From positions 85,493 to 149,492 of the forward strand of contig CAWEKI010000012.1 of NCBI GenBank assembly GCA_963809695.1: a stretch of 64,000 bases of DNA. The letters run 5' to 3'. This DNA comes from an uncultured Bacteroidota bacterium (lineage in GTDB: Bacteria; Bacteroidota; Ignavibacteria; UBA10030; UBA6906). The translations under genes were made by a program, and so were the position numbers. Below, one piece after another: positions 1 through 10,137 of this stretch; the stretch's first letter is position 1; each line of letters opens with the position of its first letter. The notes under the pieces are model-generated. The model searched no databases and was not told the origin of the DNA. It worked only from the letters and a program-made list of their open reading frames with translations.

Positions 1-218
1 AAGCCACGATCAATTGGAGAACCATGGGCTCGGCACGTTATGAGGCCCAGGATCTGAAGCATGTCAGTCGCGGGGTCTTTGAAGCGAACCTTCCTGTGAA
101 AGACGCTGATGTGGAGTATTATGTGGAAGTGAAAGTCGGAGACCAGAGACTCTTCTTCCCGGCGTCGGCACCCGAGATCCCGCAGACCGTGGTTGTAGCC
201 ACAGATACACACAGATGA
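1..218 (+). CDS. 3' end of an unidentified upstream gene (5'-truncated by the window edge)
   Basis: The reading frame is open from nt 3 to the stop at 216-218 (…TMGSARYEAQDLK…VVVATDTHR*). It lies on the same strand as the downstream CAZyme cluster. No family recognised. Confidence 0.3.
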   Translation, partial: ATINWRTMGSARYEAQDLKHVSRGVFEANLPVKDADVEYYVEVKVGDQRLFFPASAPEIPQTVVVATDTHR

Positions 219-260
219 CGAACGGGATGACACCCTCCGGGACTGACCTTACGGGAACAT

Positions 261-1373
261 ATGGCAATGAGCAGAGGAATGATCTGGGCAGGCGCAGCGC
301 TCTTTGTGCTGATGGTAACAGCGACTGACGCGCAGACTGATGCCTCGAGCAGCAGCTGGTTGCTGGGACCTTTCGTGAAACAGGATAGCGTCAACCCGGT
401 ACTGCAGCCGCGCAGGGAGTCGGTATTCAACTGTCCGGTGCGCGAGAGTCCGGTCCGATGGGAAGCGAAGGATGTTTTTAACCCCGCGGCAGTCGTCCGG
501 AACGACACCGTCTTCCTTCTCTATCGTGCGCAGGACAGTATTGGCAGGCCGGCGGGAACATCGCGCATCGGGCTTGCCTGGAGCACCGACGGGCGCAGGT
601 TCACCCGGACACCGTTTCCCGTGCTGTATCCGGACCAGGATTTCATGAAACCCTATGAGTGGGAGGGGGGATGTGAGGATCCGCGCATTGTCGAAGACGA
701 GCGAGGATCGTACATCATGACGTACACGTCGTTCGACGGAGAAACGGCGCGGCTGTGCGTCGCCGTTTCGACAGACCTCTATCACTGGAGGAAGGAGGGG
801 CCTGCTTTCGGCCGTACTTCCGGGGGAAAGTACACAGACTTGTGGTCGAAATCCGGGGCAATCATCACGAGAAGAGTGGGGGACAGGAACATTGCTATGC
901 GGATCAGCGGCCGATTCTGGATGTACTGGGGAGAATCCAACGTCTATATTGCTACGTCTACCGATCTGATCCACTGGAAACCTGCCGAGCAGGATAATGG
1001 AGACCTGTTCATTGCATTCGGCCCCAGAGATGGATTCTTTGACAGCGACATCGTCGAGCCGGGCCCGCCGGCGACACTGACAGACCAGGGAATTCTTTTG
1101 ATATATAACAGTAAGAATTCTGAGAGTGTAGGGGACAGAGACTTGCCGCCGGGGACCTATACGGCAGGCCAAATTCTCGCCGACTCTACCAATCCGTCTC
1201 GCTTCCTTCGCCGGAGCTATACCCCCTTTTTCAAACCGGACCGACCGTACGAATTGAAAGGGCAGGTAAATTACGTCTGTTTCCTGGAGGGGTTGGTCCA
1301 CTTCAAACATGAGTGGCTATTGTACTACGGCACTGCTGACTCCAGAATTGCCGTGGCAGCAGCCCGTGAGTAA
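261..1373 (+). CDS. glycoside hydrolase family 130 (DUF377 beta-propeller; beta-mannoside hydrolase/phosphorylase family), secreted
   Basis: 370-aa ORF with an N-terminal signal peptide (MAMSRGMIWAGAALFVLMVTATDAQ). GH130-type motifs are present (VFNPAAV…FLLYRAQD, WSTDGRRF, EGGCEDPRIVEDE, YIMTYTSFDG). It is the first gene of a same-strand glycosidase cluster. Confidence 0.7.
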   Translation: MAMSRGMIWAGAALFVLMVTATDAQTDASSSSWLLGPFVKQDSVNPVLQPRRESVFNCPVRESPVRWEAKDVFNPAAVVRNDTVFLLYRAQDSIGRPAGTSRIGLAWSTDGRRFTRTPFPVLYPDQDFMKPYEWEGGCEDPRIVEDERGSYIMTYTSFDGETARLCVAVSTDLYHWRKEGPAFGRTSGGKYTDLWSKSGAIITRRVGDRNIAMRISGRFWMYWGESNVYIATSTDLIHWKPAEQDNGDLFIAFGPRDGFFDSDIVEPGPPATLTDQGILLIYNSKNSESVGDRDLPPGTYTAGQILADSTNPSRFLRRSYTPFFKPDRPYELKGQVNYVCFLEGLVHFKHEWLLYYGTADSRIAVAAARE

Positions 1374-1438
1374 TTGACTTTTGCAGAAGTAATACCTGCA
1401 AAGGCCTTCATGCAACAGTCAATGGAAGGAGTACATTC

Positions 1439-4400
1439 GTGAAATGCCTATTCCCTTCTCTCATCATAGTGCTGGCGGCAATGACTAGCCTGATCGTAGC
1501 ACCCGAGACGGGCGCAATTGCCGGTGCAAAGCCGGCGATGCGCGCTGAGAACCTTCGCTGCGAGTACCTCAGAAATCCTCTCGGCATTGGGACCGGTGAG
1601 CCGCGGCTGAGCTGGACCATCACCTCGCAGGGCCGGGGCGTAAAACAGCAATCATACCAGATTCTGGTTGCGGCACGAAAGGATCGCTTGGGCGAAAAAA
1701 AGGCCGACCTCTGGAACAGTGGGCAGGTGAAATCAGACAGGATGTCCCAGATCGTCTATAAAGGAAAACCACTGCGGTCCGAGATGCGCTGCTTCTGGAT
1801 GGTTCGCATCTGGGACCAGCACGGAAATGTGACGCCGTGGAGCGAGCCCGCCGCATTCACCGTGGGTTTGCTCAACGGATCTGACTGGAAAGCCTTCTGG
1901 ATCGGGGCTCCGCATGAGACCCCGTCGACCCTCCATGACCCGCCGATTCCGCCTTCTCCGCTGCTGCGAAAGTCGTTTTCGTCGACCGGGAAGATCCGTA
2001 CGGCGATGGTGTACGTCACCAGCCTGGGCGATTACGAACTTTGCCTGAACGGGCAGAAGGTGGGCAATCACCTGCTTGCTCCCGAATGGACCGATTATAA
2101 GAAGCGGGTGCAGTATCAGACGTACGATGTGACTGCCATGCTTCGGTCCGGCCAGAATGTTCTCGGCGCTGTTCTTGCGGATGGATGGTACGCCGGCCGG
2201 ATCGGCCCGACGCGCTGGGACAAAGATTATCCGCGCAGAGGGCCGTATGGTCTTGATCGTCGTCTGCTGCTCAAGCTGGTCATTGAGAAACAAGACGGTG
2301 CGCGGCAAACAGTGGTATCGGACAAGACCTGGCGGATCAATCAGGACGGTCCTATCCGGACAGCAGACAATTTTCTGGGAGAGACGTATGATGCCAGAAA
2401 GGAAGTGCCGGGTTGGGACAAGCCTGGATTCAAGGGCGCCGGATGGAAACCGGTCACCGTGGACGACTCTGTGCGCGTGCAACTTGATGCCCAGATGAAT
2501 GAGCCTATCACCGTCATTACACAGCTCAAGCCCGTAAGCGTGCGTGAGCCAAGACCGGGCGTCTATATTTTTGATCTCGGGCAGAATATGGTCGGATGGT
2601 GCAGAGTCCGCCTTTCGGGACCCGCGGGTATGGTCGTCACCCTCCGCCATGGCGAGATGTTGAACGGCGATGGCACCCTCTATACCGAAAGCCTTGCCGG
2701 CGCGATCCAGACGGACACGTATACGCTTGACGGGAAAGGGGAACGTGAATTCGAACCGCATTTTACCTATCACGGGTTCCGTTATGCGGAGATCACGGGC
2801 GTTCCTTCAAAGCCTTCCGTCGATATTCTGACCGGGGTCGTCATCGCTTCCGCTGCTCCGCCGACCGGGACGATCGTCACGTCGGATACGCTGTATAACC
2901 GGATTGTGCAAAACACCCTCTGGAGCCAGCGTGGAAATATGCACAGCATTCCCACCGACTGTCCCCAGCGGGATGAGAGAATGGGGTGGATGGGGGATGC
3001 CCAGGTTTTTGCGCAGACCTCCATTTTCAACCTCGACATGGCCGCTTTTTTCACAAAATGGATCCGGGACATTCGCGACGCCCAGGCGCAGAACGGACGG
3101 TATCCCGATTTCGCGCCGCAACCGTATTATCCGGAGACTCGATTCATGAATGCACCCGGCTGGGCCGATGCCGGGGTCATCGTCCCATGGAGACTCTACC
3201 AGAACTACGGCGACACGCGGGTGCTGGAACAACAATATGCGTCGGCGGTCAAATTCATCGAACACATCCGTGAGACCAACCCTGATCTGATCTGGAAGAA
3301 TGATGTGGGGAACCGGTACGGCGACTGGCTGAACGGCAATACCATTGTCTCCGCGGACTACCCCAAGACCGGGGGCAACATGCCGCATGATGCCTATGCC
3401 ACCGCCTTCTTTGCACACTCAACCGAAATTCTGTCGAAAATGGCGCAGGTCCTGGGGAAGACCGCTGACGCAGAGCGTTACGTGCGTCTTGCCGTGGACA
3501 TCAAAGGGGCATTCGTGAAACAGTTCACGCGTCCGTCAGGCGAGATCGATGGCGACACGCAGGCGGGCTATGCGCTTGCCTTGAACTTCGACCTGTTGCC
3601 CGCGGCCATACACACCATTGCCGCGCAGCGCATGGTGGAAGCAGTGCGCCGTTACGACGGCCGGATGTCTACCGGCTTCCAGAGCACGCTGCGGATGATG
3701 ATGGAACTCTCCCGTTACAAATTCAGCAGCGTTGCCTATGCTCTTGCTGAGAGCCACCGCCTGCCTTCCTGGGGATACAGCATCGACCAGGGAGCAACAA
3801 CGATCTGGGAACGGTGGGATGCTTATGTGGCCGGGCGGGGATTTCAGGATGCTGGGATGAATTCTTTCAATCACTATTCGTTTGGGTCCGTGGTGGAATG
3901 GATGTACCGTACGATCCTCGGGATCAATTACGACGAACAGGAACCGGGTTACCGACACGTGATTATTCGTCCCGTGCCGGGCGGGTCGCTCACGTGGGCA
4001 CGGGGAGAATACCGCTCCATCTCCGGACCGATCGGCGTCGATTGGAAGCTTGCCAACGGCCGTCTGCTGCTGGCAGTAAATGTTCCCGCCAACACCGAGG
4101 CAACGCTCTATCTTCCGACAACCGACCCGGCGGGGATCGTCGAAAGCGGTGTTTGGCCTGCGAAGGCTGAGGGTGTAGCCACGCTTGGTGCCGAGCCGGG
4201 GACTGCTTTGTTCCGGCTGGCCAGCGGGGCGTACAGCTTTGACTCCCCTTTCGATCCCGCAACGTTCGCCGAGATCAATCGCATTTCCTTTGCCTTTAAG
4301 CCGAACCTCTCGCCTCCCGAATCAACATTCTACCTGCCGGCATCAGGATCGGTCGAGATACGGTGCGAGACGCCTGGCTCACTCGTGAGATACACCCTCG

Positions 4401-5002
4401 ACGGGAGCGAACCTACTGAACATTCTCCGGAGTACACCGTGCCGGTCAAAATTTCCAGGGCGGCGATACTCAAGGCAAAGGCTTTCAAAGATGGCCTTAT
4501 TCCCAGCATCACCGCAACGGGATTATACGATGTGCTGGATCCTGCGCTCAACGGGTTGAACTATCGATACTATGAGGGAAGTGGATGGCAGAAGATACCG
4601 GACTTTGACAAGCTCACGCCCGTCAGCAGGGGGATTGTCACAGGATTCGACCTGACGTCGGTCAAAAAGCAGCAAAACCAATGGGGTGTAAGGCTTTTCG
4701 CATTCCTGAATATCGTTGAGGCGGGGGATTACACGTTTGCCTTGACCTCGGATGATGGATCGCGGCTGACGATTGACGGGAGGACCATTGTAGACAACGA
4801 CGGTTCTCATGGGGCGCTGGAAAAGTCCGGGATGGTGACCCTGACCCCCGGCGTGCATGCGCTTCTCCTTGACTATTTCAACGACAGTTCGGAAGATCTC
4901 CTGAATCTGACCATCGAGGGTCCGGGAATCGTGCGGCGATCACTGCCGGTCTCAATGCTCAGACTCGTACTCGACAAAAACGCCCATCCGGGCAAGCCAT
5001 GA
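1439..5002 (+). CDS. alpha-L-rhamnosidase (GH78) with C-terminal Fn3/chitobiase-like and PA14 domains
   Basis: 1187 aa with a signal peptide. The GH78 catalytic signature DCPQRDERMGWMGDAQVF is present, together with rhamnosidase N-domain features. The C-terminus carries a chitobiase/Fn3-like segment (YTLDGSEPTEHSPEYT) and a PA14-like segment (YRYYEGSGW…GDYTFALTSDDGSRLTIDGRTIVDNDG). Confidence 0.85.
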   Translation: MKCLFPSLIIVLAAMTSLIVAPETGAIAGAKPAMRAENLRCEYLRNPLGIGTGEPRLSWTITSQGRGVKQQSYQILVAARKDRLGEKKADLWNSGQVKSDRMSQIVYKGKPLRSEMRCFWMVRIWDQHGNVTPWSEPAAFTVGLLNGSDWKAFWIGAPHETPSTLHDPPIPPSPLLRKSFSSTGKIRTAMVYVTSLGDYELCLNGQKVGNHLLAPEWTDYKKRVQYQTYDVTAMLRSGQNVLGAVLADGWYAGRIGPTRWDKDYPRRGPYGLDRRLLLKLVIEKQDGARQTVVSDKTWRINQDGPIRTADNFLGETYDARKEVPGWDKPGFKGAGWKPVTVDDSVRVQLDAQMNEPITVITQLKPVSVREPRPGVYIFDLGQNMVGWCRVRLSGPAGMVVTLRHGEMLNGDGTLYTESLAGAIQTDTYTLDGKGEREFEPHFTYHGFRYAEITGVPSKPSVDILTGVVIASAAPPTGTIVTSDTLYNRIVQNTLWSQRGNMHSIPTDCPQRDERMGWMGDAQVFAQTSIFNLDMAAFFTKWIRDIRDAQAQNGRYPDFAPQPYYPETRFMNAPGWADAGVIVPWRLYQNYGDTRVLEQQYASAVKFIEHIRETNPDLIWKNDVGNRYGDWLNGNTIVSADYPKTGGNMPHDAYATAFFAHSTEILSKMAQVLGKTADAERYVRLAVDIKGAFVKQFTRPSGEIDGDTQAGYALALNFDLLPAAIHTIAAQRMVEAVRRYDGRMSTGFQSTLRMMMELSRYKFSSVAYALAESHRLPSWGYSIDQGATTIWERWDAYVAGRGFQDAGMNSFNHYSFGSVVEWMYRTILGINYDEQEPGYRHVIIRPVPGGSLTWARGEYRSISGPIGVDWKLANGRLLLAVNVPANTEATLYLPTTDPAGIVESGVWPAKAEGVATLGAEPGTALFRLASGAYSFDSPFDPATFAEINRISFAFKPNLSPPESTFYLPASGSVEIRCETPGSLVRYTLDGSEPTEHSPEYTVPVKISRAAILKAKAFKDGLIPSITATGLYDVLDPALNGLNYRYYEGSGWQKIPDFDKLTPVSRGIVTGFDLTSVKKQQNQWGVRLFAFLNIVEAGDYTFALTSDDGSRLTIDGRTIVDNDGSHGALEKSGMVTLTPGVHALLLDYFNDSSEDLLNLTIEGPGIVRRSLPVSMLRLVLDKNAHPGKP

Positions 5003-6623
5003 AAACGCCCTTCACATTACTTTTCTTGCTCGCCATGCTCTCGACCACACAAGCGCAAACCACGACTGCCGGATTCCGTCCGCCGGCGGTGCCCCTCGTG
5101 ACGTGCGATCCGTATTTCAGCGTCTGGTCTTTCTCCACCCATCCTGCCGATGATTGGACCCGGCACTGGACCGGCGCCAACAACAATCTCTGCAGCATGG
5201 TCCGGATCGATGGCAAGGTGTTCCGGTTGTTGAGCAGGGCTCGCTCCCGATGGCGGATGACGTAAGGATGCCTCGTGCGGCGAACGACGAGTGGCCGGTT
5301 CTCGCCTGGATGTTCGATCTCGGCAACGTTGGGAAGTCAACCGCAGAACGGCATATTGTTCTTGCCTATGACGACCAGTTCTCCATCGAATACTTCTACC
5401 GCAAACTACGGCCTTACTGGAGAAGGTCCGGCGCCGGGGCCGTGAACCTGCTTGATGCTGCGGTGAAGGAATATCAGGATCTTTCGGCCCGCTGCCGCGC
5501 GTTCGACGAAAAGCTGATGAGCGATTTGACCGCAATGGGGGGAGAACGTTACGCCAGGGTGGCTGCCCTCGCTTACCGGCAGGCCTTCGCCGCCCACAAG
5601 CTGGCTGTTGACATTGATGGGACACCTCTCCTCTTTCCGAAGGAGAATTTCAGCAATGGCTGCATTTCCACTGTCGACGTCATCTACCCGGCGGCGCCGA
5701 TCTTTCTCCTTTTCAATATTGACCTGATGAAGGCGAGCGTTCTTCCGGTTCTCGACTATGCGCGGAGCAGCCGGTGGCGATTCCCGTTCGCTCCCCATGA
5801 TCTCGGGACCTATCCTCTGGCCAACGGACAGGTCTATGGCGGAGGAGAAAAGACGGAAGAGAACCAAATGCCCGTTGAAGAATCGGGAAACATGCTGCTC
5901 CTGATGGCCGCCATTGCCAAAGTGGATGGCAACAGTGGTTTTGCCGAAAAGTACTGGGATCTTCTGACGAAGTGGGCGACGTATCTCAAGGAGAAGGGAC
6001 TGGATCCCGAGAACCAGCTATGCACGGACGATTTTGCCGGACATCTTGCACACAACGTGAATCTTTCACTGAAAGCAATCCTGGCACTCGGAAGTTATGC
6101 GAAGTTGAGCGAGATGATGAAGAAGACCTATGAAGCAAGAACCTATCGCAAAATTGCCGAAGAGTACGCGGCGAAGTGGGAACAGATGGCCCGGGACGAC
6201 GATCACTACCGACTCGCTTTTGACAAGCCCGGGACATGGAGCCAGAAGTACAACCTCGTGTGGGACGCTATTCTAGATCTTCGTCTCTTCCCGCAGGATA
6301 TCGCGAGGAAGGAAGTCCGGTACTACAAGAAGATGCAGAATACATATGGATTGCCGCTCGACAACCGAAAGGACTATACGAAAGTGGATTGGACCGTCTG
6401 GTCGGCGACGCTGGCGGAAACGAAGGACGACTTTGAGGCATTTCTCTCTCCTGTGTATGATTTTGCCAATCGATCGCCGAGCCGTGTGCCGCTCACTGAC
6501 TGGTATGACACGAAGACGGCAAAGCAAATGGCCTTCCAGGCTCGTTCCGTTGTGGGGGGGGTGTTTGTGAAGATGCTCGCCGATCAGGGTATGTGGCACA
6601 AGTGGTCAGCAACGTCACGGTGA
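4999..6623 (+). pseudogene. glutaminase A-like (DUF4964/DUF4965/DUF1793) protein, apparently frameshifted
   Basis: Frame-1 ORF 4999-5265 encodes a signal peptide plus a DUF4964-like N-terminus (PPAVPLVTCDPYFSVWS…VRIDGKVFRLL). It terminates after ~88 aa, and the homologous sequence continues in frame 0 from ~5229 (…EQGSLPMADDVRMPRAANDEWP…) through DUF4965/DUF1793-like sequence (FAPHDLGTYPLANGQ, MPVEESGNMLLL, NQLCTDDFAGHLAHNVNLSLKAI) to the stop at 6623. The frame-0 ATG at 5154 would give a protein lacking the signal peptide. The 4999 ATG overlaps the GH78 stop (ATGA). Confidence 0.55.
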
Positions 6624-6792
6624 GCGTCGGCAGCCGCGGTGACGTGGATGTCATGCTGGCCCGAGTATTCAGCATTGCAGATTGTTCGTCAGGTGCCTGG
6701 CACCTGCGCGGGGCTCAATCGAGGGGTTTGTCTTGCTCTCCCTGGACGCTTGAGTTCAATGCGGTGATCCGGGAACGAAAGGAGCGTGTACA

Positions 6793-9700
6793 TTGACCCG
6801 ACGTATCAGGTTTGTGCTGTGCCTGTTCCTCTTCGCGTTGACCAACGATTCCCCCGCCGTTGCCGGCCCCGATCCTCGCGATTGGCCAACGGTGAAGCAG
6901 TACGACCAGCGCCATCTCGCACAGATCGCATTACCGCTGGGCGGAATCGGCACAGGAACGGTTTCGCTGGGAGGACGGGGGGACTTGCGCGACTGGGAGA
7001 TTGTGAACCGCCCCGCCAAAGGATTCAATCCTGGTTCTGCATTCTTCGCCATACACGTGAAGCAGCGGCACGGATCGTCATTCACGCGCGCCCTGCAGGG
7101 CCCGGTGGAGGAGTTCCAGTACAGCGGGGCTTTTGGCGTAAAAGATGCCACCAATCCCGGGCTCCCTTGTTTCCGTTCCTGCAATTTTGATGCGAGCTAT
7201 CCGGCCGGGTTCGTGCATCTTCAAGATCCTGCCCTTCCGATCGCCGTGACGATACAGGGATTCAATCCGCTGGTCCCGTCCGACCCCGATGCGAGCGGGA
7301 TACCTATCGCCGTCCTCCGTTACATTGTCACCAACACGACCGCAGACACTCTTCAAGCAACGATCTGCGGCTCGCTCGAGAATTTCATCGGGAATGACGG
7401 CACGAAAGTTCTGGCTTCGAAAAACAAGAACGATTACAGACAGGGAGGAGGGCTCCGGGGGGTCTTCATGACCACGCGCGGTGTCGACTCAACGAAGGAA
7501 CAGTGGGGTACAATCGCGATGACCACGCCGGATTCGGGTGAGCTCTCGTACCGGACATCCTGGCTCCCGAAAAACTGGGGCACGGCGCTGCTCGATTTCT
7601 GGGACGACCTGGGGGACGATGGACTGCTCATCAACCGGGCTTCAGAGGACAACACACCGACGGCCTCCCTCGCCGTGCGCGGCATCATCCCGCCGCGTGG
7701 AACCCGCGAGTTCACCTTTTTCCTCTCGTGGGACTTCCCGAACCGGTTCGGCTGGTCGCCGACCGCTCTTGGCAATCACTACTCCACGCGCTACCGCGAT
7801 GCCTGGGACGTTGCTCTGCGGACGCTGCCGGAGTTGGACCGGCTTGAGCGGGCAACACTCGAGTTCGTACGCGCCTTTTGCAGCAGCACCCTTCCCCGTG
7901 AAGTGATCGAGGCAGCCCTCTTTAATCTCAGTACCCTTCGCTCACAAACCTGCTTCCGAACGAAAGATGGCAGGTTCTTTGCATGGGAGGGTTGCGCTGA
8001 CAAGGCGGGTTGCTGTGAAGGCTCATGCACGCATGTCTGGAATTATGAGCAGGCGATCGCTTTCCTGTTCGGATCGCTCGCCAAATCGATGAGGGAGGTG
8101 GAATTTGCCACGCAAACCGATGACATCGGGCTCATGAGCTTCCGCGCCGCGTTGCCGCTGGGTCAGGGGACGGCCGCAAAAGCGGCGGCAGACGGCCAGA
8201 TGGGTTGTGTTATGAAGATGTACCGCGACTGGCAGCTTTCAGGAGACGAACAATTCCTGCGATCGCTTTATCCCAACGTGAAACGTGCCCTTCAATTCTG
8301 CTGGATCAAAGGGGGATGGGACGCCGACATGGACGGCGTTATGGAAGGGTGTCAGCATAACACCATGGATGTGGAGTACTATGGACCCAACCCCCAGATG
8401 GGGCTTTGGTATCTTGGTGCGTTGCGCGCCGGCGAAAAGATGGCCGCGCACCTGGGAGACAGCATATTTGCCCGGACCTGTCATGCCCTGCTGGTCAACG
8501 GCAGCATCTGGGTCGACAGTGTCCTTTTCAACGGGCGGTACTACGTTCAAAAAATCATGCCCCCGGGAGATCGAGCGAATGTCCTGCCGGGGCTTGTCAT
8601 TGGCTCGGGGGCAAAGGACTTTGCCAATCCCGACTACCAGCTTGGCAACGGCTGCCTGGTCGATCAGTTGGTTGGACAGTACATGGCCCACGTGTGCGAT
8701 CTTGGATACCTTGTCAGCCCCCTCAATGTCCGCACGACGCTGCAGAGCATCATGAAATACAATTTCAAATCTTCGCTGGCCGACCATTTCAACTGCCTCA
8801 GGACGTTTGCGCTGGGAAACGAGGCCGCACTGGTGATGGCAAGCTATCCCGATGGAAGGCCCGCGAATCCATTCCCGTATTTCACGGAGGTCATGACGGG
8901 CTTCGAGTATACGGCGGCGATCGGGATGTTGTACGAACGGCTGACCGACGACGGTTTGCAGTGCATTCGCAGCATACGAGACCGATACGACGGGCTCAAG
9001 CGGAACCCCTATGACGAAGCAGAATGCGGGCATCATTACGGCCGGGCAATGATCAGCTGGGCCGGCGTCCTCGCACTCACGGGGTTTCACTATTCTGCCA
9101 TCGAGAGGAGCCTTCAAGTCGATGCCAGAGACGGAACCATGTTCTGGTCCAATGGCTATGCCTACGGCACGCTTCGCCAGTCGGCCGCGGGGGAGAGCCT
9201 CTCGGTGATCATTACCGCCATTCGCGGGGACGTATCGCTCAAGCGATTGACAGTCAGGAACTATGGACGGAAAATGTTTGACCGGGCATACACCGTTCAT
9301 GCCGGACAGACGGCAGTCTTCACCGTTGGAGCAAACGATGCTTCGGCAGGCGCCCCGTCGGTCGACCTGACGACCCGTGACAGGCTGATGGTGGTCAAGC
9401 CGCCGCGGGTCAACACGGGGAGTAGCGTTTTCCAGAAGGCCGTGTATTTCAAAGACAGCACCGAAGTTGTTCTTGAATCTCAAACCCCCGGGGCGGCAAT
9501 CCATTACACGCTTGACGGCAACGACCCGACTCCACTCTCGCCGGTGTACGCAGGGCCGATCGCGCTGGCCAGGCCGGCCACGGTCCGTGCGCTTGCAGTC
9601 CGCAATGGTTGCCAGAGCATCGTATCCCCGTCGGTGCGGTTCGAGCGCCTCATGGGAATCAAGAACATCACAGTGCCTCCGGACCCTGCACCAGAGTATG

Positions 9701-10119
9701 CAGGGCATGGGGCGCTGACGCTGGTGGATGGGAAGAGGGGAGCTGCCGGCGTGCTTGGAGAGGATTGGCTCGGCTTTGAAGGAAAAGACTTCGAGGCAGT
9801 GGTGGATCTCGGAGAGACCCGGCTCGTCACGGAGATAACGGCGGGGTTCCTGCGTGATCAGCCACGGTGGATCTTCTTGCCGGCTGCCGTGGAATACTCG
9901 ATCGGAATGACTCGGGATAACATGCGGACCGTGTACACGAAGGACTTTTCAACCGTACAGGCGGCACAGCCGCGCATCAAAGACATTGCTGCGAAGATCG
10001 GTTCCGTTCGCGCGCGGTATGTCCGCGTTCGGGCGAAGAACATCGGAACGTGTCCTGCCTGGCATGCGGGGGCCGGGGGAAAGGCGTGGCTGTTTGTCGA
10101 CGAAATCGCGGTCCGCTAG
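6793..10119 (+). CDS. GH116-like glycosidase (GBA2-type N-domain + catalytic (alpha/alpha)6 region) with C-terminal Fn3-like and discoidin/F5-8-type-C-like domains
   Basis: 1108 aa with a signal peptide. The N-terminal motif ALPLGGIGTGTVSLGGRGDLRDWEIVNRP matches the GBA2_N/GH116 N-domain. The central region shows GH116-like conservation (CCEGSCTHVWNYEQAIAFLFG…WDADMDGVMEGCQHNTMDVEYYGPNPQMGLWYLGAL). The C-terminus has AIHYTLDGNDPTP (chitobiase-C/Fn3-like) followed by a galactose-binding-like segment. Confidence 0.65.
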   Translation: MTRRIRFVLCLFLFALTNDSPAVAGPDPRDWPTVKQYDQRHLAQIALPLGGIGTGTVSLGGRGDLRDWEIVNRPAKGFNPGSAFFAIHVKQRHGSSFTRALQGPVEEFQYSGAFGVKDATNPGLPCFRSCNFDASYPAGFVHLQDPALPIAVTIQGFNPLVPSDPDASGIPIAVLRYIVTNTTADTLQATICGSLENFIGNDGTKVLASKNKNDYRQGGGLRGVFMTTRGVDSTKEQWGTIAMTTPDSGELSYRTSWLPKNWGTALLDFWDDLGDDGLLINRASEDNTPTASLAVRGIIPPRGTREFTFFLSWDFPNRFGWSPTALGNHYSTRYRDAWDVALRTLPELDRLERATLEFVRAFCSSTLPREVIEAALFNLSTLRSQTCFRTKDGRFFAWEGCADKAGCCEGSCTHVWNYEQAIAFLFGSLAKSMREVEFATQTDDIGLMSFRAALPLGQGTAAKAAADGQMGCVMKMYRDWQLSGDEQFLRSLYPNVKRALQFCWIKGGWDADMDGVMEGCQHNTMDVEYYGPNPQMGLWYLGALRAGEKMAAHLGDSIFARTCHALLVNGSIWVDSVLFNGRYYVQKIMPPGDRANVLPGLVIGSGAKDFANPDYQLGNGCLVDQLVGQYMAHVCDLGYLVSPLNVRTTLQSIMKYNFKSSLADHFNCLRTFALGNEAALVMASYPDGRPANPFPYFTEVMTGFEYTAAIGMLYERLTDDGLQCIRSIRDRYDGLKRNPYDEAECGHHYGRAMISWAGVLALTGFHYSAIERSLQVDARDGTMFWSNGYAYGTLRQSAAGESLSVIITAIRGDVSLKRLTVRNYGRKMFDRAYTVHAGQTAVFTVGANDASAGAPSVDLTTRDRLMVVKPPRVNTGSSVFQKAVYFKDSTEVVLESQTPGAAIHYTLDGNDPTPLSPVYAGPIALARPATVRALAVRNGCQSIVSPSVRFERLMGIKNITVPPDPAPEYAGHGALTLVDGKRGAAGVLGEDWLGFEGKDFEAVVDLGETRLVTEITAGFLRDQPRWIFLPAAVEYSIGMTRDNMRTVYTKDFSTVQAAQPRIKDIAAKIGSVRARYVRVRAKNIGTCPAWHAGAGGKAWLFVDEIAVR

Positions 10120-10137
10120 CACAACAAATTCAGGCTC

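Noticed and set aside
249-1310. 353-aa minus-strand ORF antisense to the GH130 gene. Similar long minus-strand ORFs are at 1733-2773, 8239-9708, 13030-13863, 21477-22439, 22877-23680, 24451-25458, 25422-26444, 28395-29834, 30740-31489, 32963-33769, 34038-34919, 40621-41703, 41932-42867, 46537-47676, 49494-50240 and 62287-62967.
   Set aside because: Each lies entirely antisense to a + strand gene with strong family-level motifs. High GC suppresses stop codons on the antisense strand. Their translations are low-complexity and Arg/Pro/Gly-rich, with no recognisable domains.
5154-5228. Treating the ATG at 5154 as the genuine start of an intact 489-aa glutaminase-A-like protein
   Set aside because: The first ~25 codons of that ORF (MDPALDRRQQQSLQHGPDRWQGVPV…) are the out-of-frame reading of the frame-1 N-domain and lack a signal peptide. 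The frameshift interpretation fits better.
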